Assembly (NCBI GenBank): GCA_964502805.1
Contig: CAZCYB010000006.1
Coordinates: forward strand, 19,734-83,733
Length of the DNA stretch: 64,000 nt
From: an uncultured Desulfocurvus sp.
GTDB taxonomy: Bacteria; Desulfobacterota; Desulfovibrionia; Desulfovibrionales; Desulfovibrionaceae
Direction: 5' to 3'
Numbering within the stretch: position 1 is the stretch's first letter; every line of letters starts with the position of its first letter. A model generated the notes under the pieces. It saw only the letters and a list, made by a program, of their open reading frames with translations. It did no database searches and was not told the DNA's origin. This document shows positions 1-11,911 of this stretch, piece by piece. The position numbers were made by a program, and so were the translations under genes.

Positions 1-647
1 GGCGCCACGCTCATGCCCAGGCAGGAATCCACCGGCCCGCACATGCCCAGGTCGGTGATATAGGCCGTGCCCTGCTTGAGCAGCCGTGCGTCGGCGGTCT
101 GCACGTGGGTGTGCGTGCCCAGCATGGCGCTCACGCGGCCATCCAGGTGCCAGCCCATGGAGATCTTCTCGCTGGTGGCCTCGGCGTGGAAGTCCAGCAG
201 GCGGATCTTCACCTCCGGGTGCTCGGCGTCCAGCCGGGCCAAGAGCTCGTCCGCGGCGCGGAAGGGGCAGTCCAGGGCCTGCATGTAGGTGCGGCCCATG
301 AGGTTCAGCACCGCCACCGGTGGCAGCCCCTCGGGGGTGAGCACCATGACCCCGCTGCCCGGCGTTCCGGGCGGGTAGTTGGCCGGGCGGACGAGCCTGG
401 GCTCGCGCGCCATGTACGAGGGCATGTCCTTGAACTTCCAGATGTGGTTGCCGCTGGTCAGGCCGTCCACCCCGGCGCCGAAGAGCTCCTTGGCCCCCTC
501 GGCGGAGAGGCCCAGGCCGCCGGAGGCGTTCTCGGCGTTGGCCAGCACCAGGTCCGCGCCCAGCTCGGCGCGGAGGGACGCCAGGTGCTTCTTCACGGCG
601 TGGCGGCCGGGCCTGCCCACTATGTCGCCAAGGAAGAGGATGCGCAT
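1..647 (-). CDS. YmdB-like metallophosphoesterase (2',3'-cyclic-nucleotide phosphodiesterase family), C-terminus cut by window edge
   Basis: Minus-strand reading from the ATG at 647 gives MRILFLGDIVGRPGRHAVKKHLASLRAELGADLVLANAENASGG...ITDLGMCGPVDSCLGM. This matches the YmdB/TIGR00282 pattern. It lies directly downstream of rny, a common synteny. It is absent from the ORF track because there is no stop inside the window. Confidence 0.8.
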   Translation of the reverse strand, partial: MRILFLGDIVGRPGRHAVKKHLASLRAELGADLVLANAENASGGLGLSAEGAKELFGAGVDGLTSGNHIWKFKDMPSYMAREPRLVRPANYPPGTPGSGVMVLTPEGLPPVAVLNLMGRTYMQALDCPFRAADELLARLDAEHPEVKIRLLDFHAEATSEKISMGWHLDGRVSAMLGTHTHVQTADARLLKQGTAYITDLGMCGPVDSCLGMSVA

Positions 648-663
648 GGGAATTCCTTTGCCT

Positions 664-700
664 GAAAAAAACAGGCGGACCGGGGCGACCCCGATCCGCC
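664..700 (-). terminator. Hairpin plus U-tract between rny and the ymdB-like gene (terminator or attenuator)
   Basis: Minus strand reads GGCGGAUCGGGG-UCG-CCCCGGUCCGCC followed by UGUUUUUUU, 35 nt after the rny stop. Confidence 0.5.
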
Positions 701-734
701 CGATGTGTGCCGGACCGTGCCTGGGCGCGGCCCG

Positions 735-2303
<1,569 letters not shown>

Positions 2304-2498
2304 GCGCTGCTCCTTCCGGTTATATGGACAGGCCGGGTGGCCTGACTGTCGCGCGCGCGGACGTGAGAAATCCGCGGGCGCACGTGTACCGTGTCGACCG
2401 GAGCTTGAGGAGGGCGTCGATGCTGTGGTGCGGCGGAGCGGTTGCGGGGTGCCAGCCGTGCCTGGCCTGTCCTTGCGGACCTGGCCCGGGTTATGTGG

Positions 2499-2674
2499 AC
2501 CCCGGGGCGCCGTGTCGTTGTTGAGTTTTGAACCTCGCTTAGCGAGGTGGGCTCCTCCGGCTCGCCGTCAGGCTCCCCGCTCTGGGCGGGCATGCACACG
2601 GGCAAGCGGCTGGCGGATCCCATTTATTGAGTATTGGCTCAAGAACTCGAAAACAATCACGAACTCCCCAGGGT
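2499..2674 (-). ncRNA. ssrS: 6S (SsrS)-like regulatory RNA candidate
   Basis: Lies in a gene-free 415-nt gap downstream of zapA. The transcript ends ACCCUGGGGAGUUCGUGAUUGUUUU and AAAACUCAACAACGACACGGCGCCCCGGGGU form a long imperfect closing helix. Internal UUGAGCCAAUACUCAAUAAA, and the hairpin CCUCGCUAAGCGAGG followed by GGUUCAA, resemble central-bubble elements of E. coli 6S as I recall that sequence. Exact ends are uncertain. Confidence 0.6.
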
Positions 2675-2718
2675 GACTCCCGCTTTCTCCTATACGCAAG
2701 GCCGTCGGTACCGGCCTA

Positions 2719-2970
2719 TTACTGCCTCTCCAAAAGCTCCTGCATGCGGGCCTCCAGACCCGCAAGCTTGCGGCGGACCTCAAGATAGTCGTCCGCCATT
2801 CCAAGAGCCAGCAAGGTGAGAAGTTTCTCCCTGCTGATGTAGCGCCCGTCCCGGCTCAGGTCCGCAAAGCGTTCCTCAAGCAGGGCCTGGGCCTGTTTGA
2901 TGCGGTTCTCGTCCGCATCGGTCTTGAACGAGAGCTCCAGCCCGTTGACCGTGATGGTGTAGCGCGGCAT
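2719..2970 (-). CDS. zapA: Cell division protein ZapA
   Basis: 83-aa ORF MPRYTITVNGLELSFKTDADENRIKQAQALLEERF... with a coiled-coil tail. Size and pattern are typical of ZapA. Confidence 0.8.
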   Translation of the reverse strand: MPRYTITVNGLELSFKTDADENRIKQAQALLEERFADLSRDGRYISREKLLTLLALGMADDYLEVRRKLAGLEARMQELLERQ

Positions 2971-2982
2971 GGAACGGTTCCA

Positions 2983-3159
2983 TTAATCCAGCGCCGACTG
3001 CACCTTCGAAAGAAGGGCCTCGATGCGGCTTTGGACCTCGTTTTTCCTGCCGAGCTCCGCCTCCAACTGGGCGGCCAGCTCACGGTTGTCCTCTTCCAGC
3101 CGCCGGATGCGCTCCAACAGCTCGCCGAAGCGCGCTTCCAGCCTCTCGATAACTTCCAT
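2983..3159 (-). CDS. Small coiled-coil protein, ZapB-like (58 aa)
   Basis: Hand translation of the minus strand gives MEVIERLEARFGELLERIRRLEEDNRELAAQLEAELGRKNEVQSRIEALLSKVQSALD. It ends 12 nt upstream of zapA. At under 60 aa it is missing from the ORF track. Confidence 0.5.
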   Translation of the reverse strand: MEVIERLEARFGELLERIRRLEEDNRELAAQLEAELGRKNEVQSRIEALLSKVQSALD

Positions 3160-3190
3160 AATCGCTACGTAACCGCTTCCGACGCCGAAA

Positions 3191-4582
3191 TCAAGACTTC
3201 CGGCCCCGGCCCCCGCGGCCCCGGCCCTCGATATTGGCCTGCTTGCCCCGGGCGATGCCCAGGGCGCCCTCGGGCACGTCCTTGGTGATGACCGAGCCCG
3301 CGCCCACCAGGGCGTTTTTGCCCACCTTTACCGGGGCCACCAGGGCCGTGTTGCTGCCGATGAAGGCGCCTTCGCCGATCTCTGTGAGGTGCTTGTGCGT
3401 GCCGTCGTAGTTGCAGGTGATGGTGCCCGCGCCGATGTTGGCCCCGGCCCCCACCTGGGCGTCTCCCAGGTAGGTGAGGTGGCTGGCCTTGGCCCCGGGG
3501 CCCAGGGTGGCCTTCTTCATCTCCACGAAATTGCCCACCCGGGCGCCGTTTTCCAGCACCGCGCCGGGGCGCAGGCGGGCGTAGGGCCCGGCAATGGCCC
3601 CTGCGGCCAGGTCCGCGCCCTCCAGGTGGCAGTGCTCCCGCACCTCGGCTCCGGGGGCCAGGCGGCTGTCCACGACCTGCGTGAAGGCGCAAACGCGCGC
3701 GCCGCGCCCGACGACGCTCCCGCCCAGGATGCGGCAGGGGCCGAAGAGTTCCGCGCCGGGTTCGATGACCGCGCGCGGCCCGACGACCACGGCCTGGGGG
3801 TGGTGGATGAGCGCGCCAGCGGCCAGGTGGCGCATGACCAGGCCCGAGCGCAGGTGCTCCTCGGCCTGGGCCAGTTCCAGGGGGGAGTTGACCCCCAGGA
3901 GGTCGTGGGCGCCCTCGCGCCGCAGGGCATGGACAGAGAGCCCGGCCTGCACGGCCAGGCCCACCAGGTCGGTGATGTAGAACTCCCCGGCCTTGTTGGC
4001 GCTGGTGAGAGTGAACAGCAGAGACTCGATGGCGGCCACGCGCAGGCAGAACAGCCCTGTGTTCACCTCGCCGGTGTCCGGCCCGTGCGTCGCCGGGTCG
4101 AAGTCCTTGGCCTCCACGATGCCCGCCACCTCGCCATCGGCCCCGCGCACCACGCGGCCAAAGGCCCCGGCGGCGGGCAGCACGGCGGTGAGGAAGGCCA
4201 GGTCCGCGCCCTCGTGGCAGGCGGCCACAAGCTCGTTCAGGGCCTCAGCGGTCACCAGGGGGGTGTCGCCGTTGACCACCAGGCAGTGGCTGGCCCCGGA
4301 GGCGCGCACGCCCTCCCAGGCCACCTGCAGGGCGTGGCCCGTCCCCTTCTGCTCCGCCTGGACAACGAAGCCGCCCATGAGCTCCGGGTGCGCCTTGGCC
4401 ACCTGGTCCTGCCCGTGGCCGACCACGGTGAGCACGCTGGCGGCCACCTGGCCTGCGGCCCGGGCCACGTAGTGCAGCATGGTCTCGCCCAGGAGCGTCT
4501 GGAGCACCTTGGGCTTGTCGGAGTGCATGCGCGTGCCCTTGCCCGCGGCGAGGATGACGGCGACGGTGGATTTGTCTGACAT
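3191..4582 (-). CDS. glmU: Bifunctional GlcNAc-1-phosphate uridyltransferase / GlcN-1-phosphate acetyltransferase
   Basis: 463-aa ORF with an N-terminal LAAGKGTRM nucleotidyltransferase motif and C-terminal hexapeptide (left-handed beta-helix) repeats. It sits in the classic position after the atp genes. Confidence 0.95.
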   Translation of the reverse strand: MSDKSTVAVILAAGKGTRMHSDKPKVLQTLLGETMLHYVARAAGQVAASVLTVVGHGQDQVAKAHPELMGGFVVQAEQKGTGHALQVAWEGVRASGASHCLVVNGDTPLVTAEALNELVAACHEGADLAFLTAVLPAAGAFGRVVRGADGEVAGIVEAKDFDPATHGPDTGEVNTGLFCLRVAAIESLLFTLTSANKAGEFYITDLVGLAVQAGLSVHALRREGAHDLLGVNSPLELAQAEEHLRSGLVMRHLAAGALIHHPQAVVVGPRAVIEPGAELFGPCRILGGSVVGRGARVCAFTQVVDSRLAPGAEVREHCHLEGADLAAGAIAGPYARLRPGAVLENGARVGNFVEMKKATLGPGAKASHLTYLGDAQVGAGANIGAGTITCNYDGTHKHLTEIGEGAFIGSNTALVAPVKVGKNALVGAGSVITKDVPEGALGIARGKQANIEGRGRGGRGRKS

Positions 4583-4644
4583 GGGGCCCCCTGAGGAAAA
4601 TGCGGCGCAACCGTGCGCCCAGCCTGTGTACCTGAAGCGGTCGC

Positions 4645-4676
4645 AAAAAAAAAGCGGGCCGGAAAATCCGGCCCGC
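4645..4676 (-). terminator. Rho-independent terminator after atpC
   Basis: Minus strand reads GCGGGCCGG-AUUUU-CCGGCCCGC followed by nine U residues. Confidence 0.8.
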
Positions 4677-4723
4677 CTTGTATCACGGGTGTAGTCTGGC
4701 CGCCTCGGGGCGGGCGGAACCTG

Positions 4724-5146
4724 CTAGCAGGTGCCGGCCTTCTCCCCGGAGGTGCGGCAGCTCATACGGGCCAGGGACCGACGCAGCGCGGCCTGGGCAC
4801 GGGCGTAGTCGATCTTCTCCTGGGTCCGAGGCAGCCGCTGCTGCGCACGCTCCTGGGCCTTGCGGGCGCGCTCCACATCGATCTCAGCCGCCTTTTCCGC
4901 GGCCTCGGCCAGGATGGTGACCTTCTCAGGGCTGACCTCGGCGAAGCCTCCGGAAACAAAGATGTAGTGGGTCTTGCCCGCATCCTTGTAATAGAGGTTG
5001 CCGACGCCCAGTGCCGAGAGGAAGGGGATGTGGTTCGGCAGCACGCCGAACTCGCCCATGGCACCGGGAGCCCCGACATAGTCAACGTCCTGCGAGAGGA
5101 CCTTGCGGTCGGGCGTCACGATTTCAAGCAACAGCTTCTTGGACAT
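4724..5146 (-). CDS. atpC: F1 ATP synthase epsilon subunit
   Basis: 140-aa [31 protein letters not shown]..., immediately after atpD. Confidence 0.9.
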   Translation of the reverse strand: MSKKLLLEIVTPDRKVLSQDVDYVGAPGAMGEFGVLPNHIPFLSALGVGNLYYKDAGKTHYIFVSGGFAEVSPEKVTILAEAAEKAAEIDVERARKAQERAQQRLPRTQEKIDYARAQAALRRSLARMSCRTSGEKAGTC

Positions 5147-5152
5147 GGCGCA

Positions 5153-6571
<1,419 letters not shown>

Positions 6572-7447
6572 TTAACCTTTCAGCGCTTCAGAGCCGCCGA
6601 CGATATCCATAAGGTCTCTGGTGATGGCAGCCTGGCGCGTCTTGTTGAACAGAAGCGTCAGGGACCCGATCATGTCGTCGCAGGCGCGGGTGGCGTTGTC
6701 CATGGCGCTCATGCGGGCGGCGTGCTCGCTTGCGCTGGTGTCCAACATGCCACGGTAGACCTGGACTTTGATGAAGCGGGGCAGGAGTTCGGCCAACAGG
6801 CCCTCGACGGAGGGCTCGTAGATGTACTCCTTGCCGGAACCAGAGCTTTCACCGCCGCCGGGGGTACCGCTGATGGGCAGGATCTGCTGCACCACCGGGA
6901 CCTGCCGGGCTATGCTGATGAATTCGCCATACACCAGGATGACCTCGTCCAGCGTGCCGTCGAGGAAGGAGCTGATGAGCTCCTGCCCGAGCTTGCTCGC
7001 CAGGGTGAAGTCGAAGTGGTTCATCACGTCGCGGTACTGCACGGCGATCTCGTACTCGGCCTTGCGGACGGCGTCCCGGCCCTTCTTGCCCACGCAGTAG
7101 AACTTGACGCTCAGTCCCTCGGCCTGCTTCTCCTTGCCGAGCTTCAGTCCAGCCTTGATCAGGTTGGAGTTGAAGCTGCCGCAAAGGCCGCGGTCGCTGG
7201 TGACCATGACGATGCCAACGGTCTTCTTTTCGTCGCGCTTGGCCAAGAGCGGATGGACCGACTCGTCCGCCCCGGTCGCCAAGTCGCCAAGCATCTCGTA
7301 GAACTTCTGCGCGTACGGCTTGAACCGCTCGATGCGGCTCTGCGCGTTGCGCAGCTTCGCCGAGGCCACCATGTTCATGGCCTTGGTGATCTGCTTGGTC
7401 TTCTTGACCGCGCCTATTTTCGTTTTGACGTCCCTCAGGGAAGCCAT
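6572..7447 (-). CDS. atpG: F1 ATP synthase gamma subunit
   Basis: 291 aa with N-terminus MASLRDVKTKIGAVKKTKQITKAMNMVASAKLR. Confidence 0.95.
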   Translation of the reverse strand: MASLRDVKTKIGAVKKTKQITKAMNMVASAKLRNAQSRIERFKPYAQKFYEMLGDLATGADESVHPLLAKRDEKKTVGIVMVTSDRGLCGSFNSNLIKAGLKLGKEKQAEGLSVKFYCVGKKGRDAVRKAEYEIAVQYRDVMNHFDFTLASKLGQELISSFLDGTLDEVILVYGEFISIARQVPVVQQILPISGTPGGGESSGSGKEYIYEPSVEGLLAELLPRFIKVQVYRGMLDTSASEHAARMSAMDNATRACDDMIGSLTLLFNKTRQAAITRDLMDIVGGSEALKG

Positions 7448-7465
7448 TGCACCCTCCTGCGCCGG

Positions 7466-8974
7466 TTAGGCGCGGAAGCCCTTCTTGAACTCGTCGATGG
7501 CGGCCTTCAGGCGGCCTTCGAGGTCCGCGTCCAGCGCCTTCTTCTCCAGGATGTCCTTCAGGATGTCGGCCTTGGAGTTGCGCATGAACTCCACCATCTC
7601 GCTTTCGAACTTGCGGACGGCCTCCAGCGGCACGTCGTCCATGAAGCCGCGGGTGCCCGCGTACAGGGAGACGACCATCTCCTGGACCGGCATGGGCTGG
7701 TACTGCGGCTGCTTCAACAGCTCGACCATGCGGGCGCCGCGGTTGAGCTTCTGCTGGGTGGCCTTGTCCAGGTCGGAGCCGAACTGCGCGAAGGCGGCGA
7801 GCTCGCGGTACTGGGCGAGGTCGAGGCGCAGGGTGCCGGCCACCTGCTTGATGGCCTTGATCTGGGCGGCGCCGCCGACGCGGGAGACCGAGAGGCCGAC
7901 GTTGATGGCCGGGCGGATGCCGGCGTTGAACAGCGCGGGCTCCAGGTACACCTGGCCGTCGGTGATGGAGATGACGTTGGTCGGGATGTACGCGGACACG
8001 TCGCCGGCCTGGGTCTCAATGATGGGCAGGGCGGTCAGCGAACCGGCGCCGAGGCTGTCGTTCACCTTGCAGGCGCGCTCCAGCAGGCGGGAGTGGAGGT
8101 AGAACACGTCGCCGGGGAAGGCTTCGCGGCCGGGGGGGCGGCGGAGCAGCAGCGACATCTGGCGGTAGGCCACGGCCTGCTTGGACAGGTCGTCGTAGAT
8201 GATGAGCGCGTGCTTGCCGGAGTCGCGGTAGTACTCGGCCATGGTGCAGCCGGAGTACGCGGCGATGAACTGCAGCGGCGCGGGCTCGGAGGCGGTGGCG
8301 GAGATGATGGTGGTGTACTCCATGGCACCGTAGCGGCGCAGGGTGTCCGCCACGAGGGCGACGGTGGCCTTCTTCTGGCCGATGGCCACGTAGAAGCACT
8401 TCACGTCGCCGCCCTTCTGGGCCAGGATGGCGTCGATGCAGACCGCAGTCTTGCCGACCTGGCGGTCGCCGATGACCAGCTCGCGCTGGCCGCGGCCGAC
8501 GGGGGTCATGGCGTCGATGGCCTTGAGGCCGGTGGCCATGGGCTCGTGGACCGACTTACGGGCGACGATGCCGGGGGCCTTCAGTTCGACCGGGCGGGTC
8601 TCCTTGGCGGCGATGGGGCCCAGGCCGTCGATGGGGTTGCCGAGCGGGTCGATGACGCGGCCGGAAACGGCCTCGCCCACGGGCACGGAGAAGATCTTTC
8701 CGGTACGCTTGACCGGGTCGCCTTCCTTGATCTCGGTGCACTCGCCAAGGAGCGCGACGCCGACGTTATCCTCTTCGAGGTTGAGCACCATGCCCATGAG
8801 GCCGCCGGGGAACTCGAGGAGCTCCATGGCCATGGCGTTCTTCACGCCATGCACGCGGGCGATGCCGTCACCGACGTACAGAACGGTGCCGGTCTCGCTC
8901 ATCTCCACGCGGGACTCGTAATTCGAGATCTGTCCCTCAATGATTTTGCTGATTTCTTCCGCTTTGATCTGCAT
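7466..8974 (-). CDS. atpA: F1 ATP synthase alpha subunit
   Basis: Walker A GDRQVGKT and N-terminus [12 protein letters not shown]. The ATG at 8974 is preceded by GAGGGG and is preferred over the track's GTG at 8986. Confidence 0.96.
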   Translation of the reverse strand: MQIKAEEISKIIEGQISNYESRVEMSETGTVLYVGDGIARVHGVKNAMAMELLEFPGGLMGMVLNLEEDNVGVALLGECTEIKEGDPVKRTGKIFSVPVGEAVSGRVIDPLGNPIDGLGPIAAKETRPVELKAPGIVARKSVHEPMATGLKAIDAMTPVGRGQRELVIGDRQVGKTAVCIDAILAQKGGDVKCFYVAIGQKKATVALVADTLRRYGAMEYTTIISATASEPAPLQFIAAYSGCTMAEYYRDSGKHALIIYDDLSKQAVAYRQMSLLLRRPPGREAFPGDVFYLHSRLLERACKVNDSLGAGSLTALPIIETQAGDVSAYIPTNVISITDGQVYLEPALFNAGIRPAINVGLSVSRVGGAAQIKAIKQVAGTLRLDLAQYRELAAFAQFGSDLDKATQQKLNRGARMVELLKQPQYQPMPVQEMVVSLYAGTRGFMDDVPLEAVRKFESEMVEFMRNSKADILKDILEKKALDADLEGRLKAAIDEFKKGFRA

Positions 8975-8978
8975 GGCC

Positions 8979-9524
8979 CTACTCACCCCTCTTGATGGTT
9001 TCTTTCAAAATGTTCAGCTGAGCGCGCAGACTGGCGTCGAGCACGCTGTCCCCGATCTTGAGAACCAGGCCGCCCAGAATCTCCGGGTCGGCAGCGTATT
9101 CGAGGACGAGCTTCTTGCCGGTCTGCTTCTCCAGCTGTTCTTTCAGTGCCACCTGCCGGGCATCGGAAAGAGCGACCGCCGTGACGAGCTTGCCGCTGAC
9201 GATGCCATTGGCCTCGTCGAGCATGGCCTTGTAGTCGGCGGCGATTTCCGGAAGGGAGGCCAGGCGGCTCTTGTCAGCCAGCAGGTTGGCGAAGTTGGCC
9301 ACGGCCCCGGTGAGGCCCTGCTTCTCCATGATCTGCTTTAAGACCGCCTTCTTCTCCTCGACGCTGAAGACCGGGTTCTTGAAGAACCGCATGGCCTCCG
9401 GCGCCTGCGCCAATGCCCCAGCCAGGTCCAAGAGCTGTTTGCCGTAGGCCCCGGCGTCACCCGCCTTCGTGCCTACGGTGAACAGCGCCCCGGCGTACCT
9501 GCGTGCGACGATGTTCCCGCTCAA
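8979..9524 (-). CDS. atpH: ATP synthase delta (OSCP) subunit
   Basis: 181-aa ORF between the b and alpha subunit genes, with OSCP-like composition. Confidence 0.88.
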   Translation of the reverse strand: MSGNIVARRYAGALFTVGTKAGDAGAYGKQLLDLAGALAQAPEAMRFFKNPVFSVEEKKAVLKQIMEKQGLTGAVANFANLLADKSRLASLPEIAADYKAMLDEANGIVSGKLVTAVALSDARQVALKEQLEKQTGKKLVLEYAADPEILGGLVLKIGDSVLDASLRAQLNILKETIKRGE

Positions 9525-10090
9525 TTGAGCACCACCTTTGTTAAGTATTCATCCACAAGACGCTCATGATCCTTCTCGGTGAGCTTCTCGCGCACGATTT
9601 TCGTAGCCTGCTCGATGACCTGGTCGGCGATCTCGCCGCGCACGCGGTCGAACGCGGCACGGGCCTCGTTCTCGGCGCTGGTCTTGGCCTGGGCGCGCAT
9701 GTTGGCGGCGTCCTTCTCGGCCTTCTCGATGATGGCGGCCTTGATGGCCTCGCCCTGGGTCTTGGCCTCAGCCAGGATGGCGGCCTTTTCCTGCTCCAGG
9801 TTGCGGATGCCGGCCTCGACGTCCTTCAGCTTCTTCTCGGCGTCGGCCTTGCGGGTCTCAAGGTCGGCCAGGTCCTTCCGGATCTGTTCGCGGCGGCCGC
9901 CGAAGAAGGAGGCGATCTTGTCGCCGGCGAACTTGTAGATCAGGAAGATGAAGATGACGAAATTGACGATGCGGAAGGCAAAGTTGCCCCAGGGCAAAGG
10001 CTCGTGGGCCTCGCCGCCGCTGGCGTGGGCCAGGGCCGCGGTGGCCAGCACTGTGAGCAGGCCGAGTACGATGTGTCTTGCGACTTTCAA
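9521..10090 (-). CDS. atpF: ATP synthase Fo subunit b
   Basis: 189 aa with an N-terminal hydrophobic segment followed by a long charged Ala/Glu/Lys helix. It overlaps the atpH start by 4 nt. Confidence 0.85.
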   Translation of the reverse strand: MKVARHIVLGLLTVLATAALAHASGGEAHEPLPWGNFAFRIVNFVIFIFLIYKFAGDKIASFFGGRREQIRKDLADLETRKADAEKKLKDVEAGIRNLEQEKAAILAEAKTQGEAIKAAIIEKAEKDAANMRAQAKTSAENEARAAFDRVRGEIADQVIEQATKIVREKLTEKDHERLVDEYLTKVVLN

Positions 10091-10117
10091 AGTGGTCCCC
10101 CTCCTTTTCCTGTGGGC

Positions 10118-10540
10118 TTACGCCTGGCCAAGAATCTTGGCCGTGGCCTTCTGCGCGAATTTCTCCACATCGGCGGCCAGGGCCTGCTTGGCGCTGGCGA
10201 CCTGCGCGGCGATTTCCTTGTGGGCGGCCTGAAGCTCCGCAGCCACGTCCTTGCCGGCGGCAGCCATGATCTGCTGCTCGCTGGCGGCGCCATCGGCGCG
10301 CATCTGCTTGCGCAGCTCAAGCCCGTCGCGGCGGGCGGCGTCGATGGATTCCTGATAGCCCTTCATCTTCCCCTCCGCCTCGGAGGTGAAGCCCTCGATC
10401 TTGCCCAGCTGGTCGGCCATGAGCGTGTTGCGCTCCTTGATTTTCTCACGGATGGGCCGGATGAGCAGGGCATTGAGGCCCACCACGGTGATGAGAAAGT
10501 TGACCATCTGGATTCCCATAGTCTTGTCAATATCAATCAT
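10118..10540 (-). CDS. ATP synthase Fo subunit b'
   Basis: 140 aa with one TM segment (MVNFLITVVGLNALL) and a charged helix. It is the first gene of this atp cluster. Confidence 0.8.
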   Translation of the reverse strand: MIDIDKTMGIQMVNFLITVVGLNALLIRPIREKIKERNTLMADQLGKIEGFTSEAEGKMKGYQESIDAARRDGLELRKQMRADGAASEQQIMAAAGKDVAAELQAAHKEIAAQVASAKQALAADVEKFAQKATAKILGQA

Positions 10541-10597
10541 GACGGCCCCCGGCGCTTTGGAAATGGGATTGTGAATTTTGGTCCAAAGTCAGAGGGC

Positions 10598-10626
10598 TGC
10601 CTACACGATCGGGCGGGCCCCGTCAA
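10598..10626 (-). promoter_or_regulatory. Possible sigma70-type promoter of the atp (b'-b-delta-alpha-gamma-beta-epsilon) cluster
   Basis: Minus strand reads TTGACG-N17-TAGGCA, preceded by an A-rich stretch (GGAAAAAAGCA), about 58 nt upstream of the b' ATG. The -10 element is weak. Confidence 0.3.
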
Positions 10627-10795
10627 ATGCTTTTTTCCTTTTGAGCGCTTCCTTTGCGCCGGAAAAACGGCGCATTGCAACGCTTTTCGGGCAAAGGGGA
10701 GCGCTTGGCAAAAAAATCACGTTCGGCGCGATTTGCCCATTTGCAGGAAAAATAGGGGAGGGGATAGGGGAGGGGATACGGGGGCGGAAAATGGC

Positions 10796-11911
10796 TTACG
10801 TCTGCTTGAACAGGTAGCGGCGCATGGAGACGTTGAGCACCAGGCCCACCAGGCTGAAATTGACCAGGGTGGCGCTGCCGCCGTAGCTGATGAAGGGCAG
10901 CGGGATGCCCACCACGGGCATGAGCCCCATGACCATGCCCATGTTGATGAGGATCTGCCAGAAGAAGTAGAAGAACACCCCGGCGGCCAGGTAGCTGCCG
11001 TAGGCGTCCTTGGCATCGCGCGAGACGCAGGCCAGCTGGTACAGAAAGGCGCAGAACAGCGACAGCAGCACCATCATGCCGAAGAAGCCCCACTCCTCGC
11101 CGAACACGGCCACGGCGAAGTCGGAGTGCTTCTCCGGCAGGAAGCGCAGCTGGCTCTGGGTGCCGCCCAGAAAGCCCTTGCCGAAGAACCGCCCGCTGCC
11201 CAGGGCGATCTCGCTCTGCAGGATGTGGTAGCCCGAGCCCAGGGGGTCGGTGGCGGGGTCCAGGAAGGCCGTGATGCGGCGCTTCTGGTAGTCCTTGAGC
11301 ACGAACCAGCCCAGGGGCAGCACCATGGGCACCAGCACGCAGAGCACCTTGAACAGCCGGGGCTTGATGCCCCGGTACAGGATGAGCCCGCCCAAGAGCA
11401 GCAGCACGGAGAGCCCGGTGCCCAGGTCCGGCTGCTTGATGACCATGAGCGCGGGCACCGCGCCCACCAGCAGGATGTAGCCCAGGCGCTTGACGTCCAG
11501 GAGCTCCGGCTCCGTGGAGAGGATGCGCGCGCCCAGGATGAGCACGGTGAACTTGGCCAGCTCGCTGGGCTGGAAGCTGAACAGGCCGAAGTCGAGCCAG
11601 CGGCGGGCGCCGTACACGGTCTTGCCCACGAACGGCACGGCCAGCAGCAGCAGGATGGTGAGCGCGTACATGGGCCAGGCCACGCTTCTCAGCCGTCGGT
11701 AATCGAACATCATGCAGGCCAGCAGGCCCCCCAGGCCGATGAGGCCCCAGATGAACTGCTTCTGGTAGAAGCTCTCCACCTGCAGGCCGTCGCCCATGCG
11801 CACGCCGCTGGCCGAGTACAGGTTCAGCACGCCGATGAGGAACAACGCCGCCAGGATGCCCACCAGGGGCCAGTTCACGTGGTAGAACAGGCGTCTGTCG
11901 ATGGGGCTCAT
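10796..11911 (-). CDS. rodA: SEDS-family peptidoglycan polymerase RodA
   Basis: 371 aa from MSPIDRRLFYHVNWPL..., polytopic, ending ...PLPFISYGGSATLVNF. The start shares ATGA with the mrdA stop. Confidence 0.94.
   Translation of the reverse strand: MSPIDRRLFYHVNWPLVGILAALFLIGVLNLYSASGVRMGDGLQVESFYQKQFIWGLIGLGGLLACMMFDYRRLRSVAWPMYALTILLLLAVPFVGKTVYGARRWLDFGLFSFQPSELAKFTVLILGARILSTEPELLDVKRLGYILLVGAVPALMVIKQPDLGTGLSVLLLLGGLILYRGIKPRLFKVLCVLVPMVLPLGWFVLKDYQKRRITAFLDPATDPLGSGYHILQSEIALGSGRFFGKGFLGGTQSQLRFLPEKHSDFAVAVFGEEWGFFGMMVLLSLFCAFLYQLACVSRDAKDAYGSYLAAGVFFYFFWQILINMGMVMGLMPVVGIPLPFISYGGSATLVNFSLVGLVLNVSMRRYLFKQT

Noticed and set aside
2436-2456. TGGCAC-containing sequence on the minus strand upstream of rny (GGCTGGCACCCCGCAACCGC).
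   Set aside because: There is no GC at the -12 position with correct spacing, so it is not a credible RpoN promoter.
10752-10778. Tandem direct repeat ATAGGGGAGGGG x2 (plus a partial third copy) just after the rodA stop.
   Set aside because: Only about 2.3 copies of a 12-mer. It is too short for a CRISPR array, minisatellite or mobile-element end. Most likely incidental, or a minor structural or terminator-region element.
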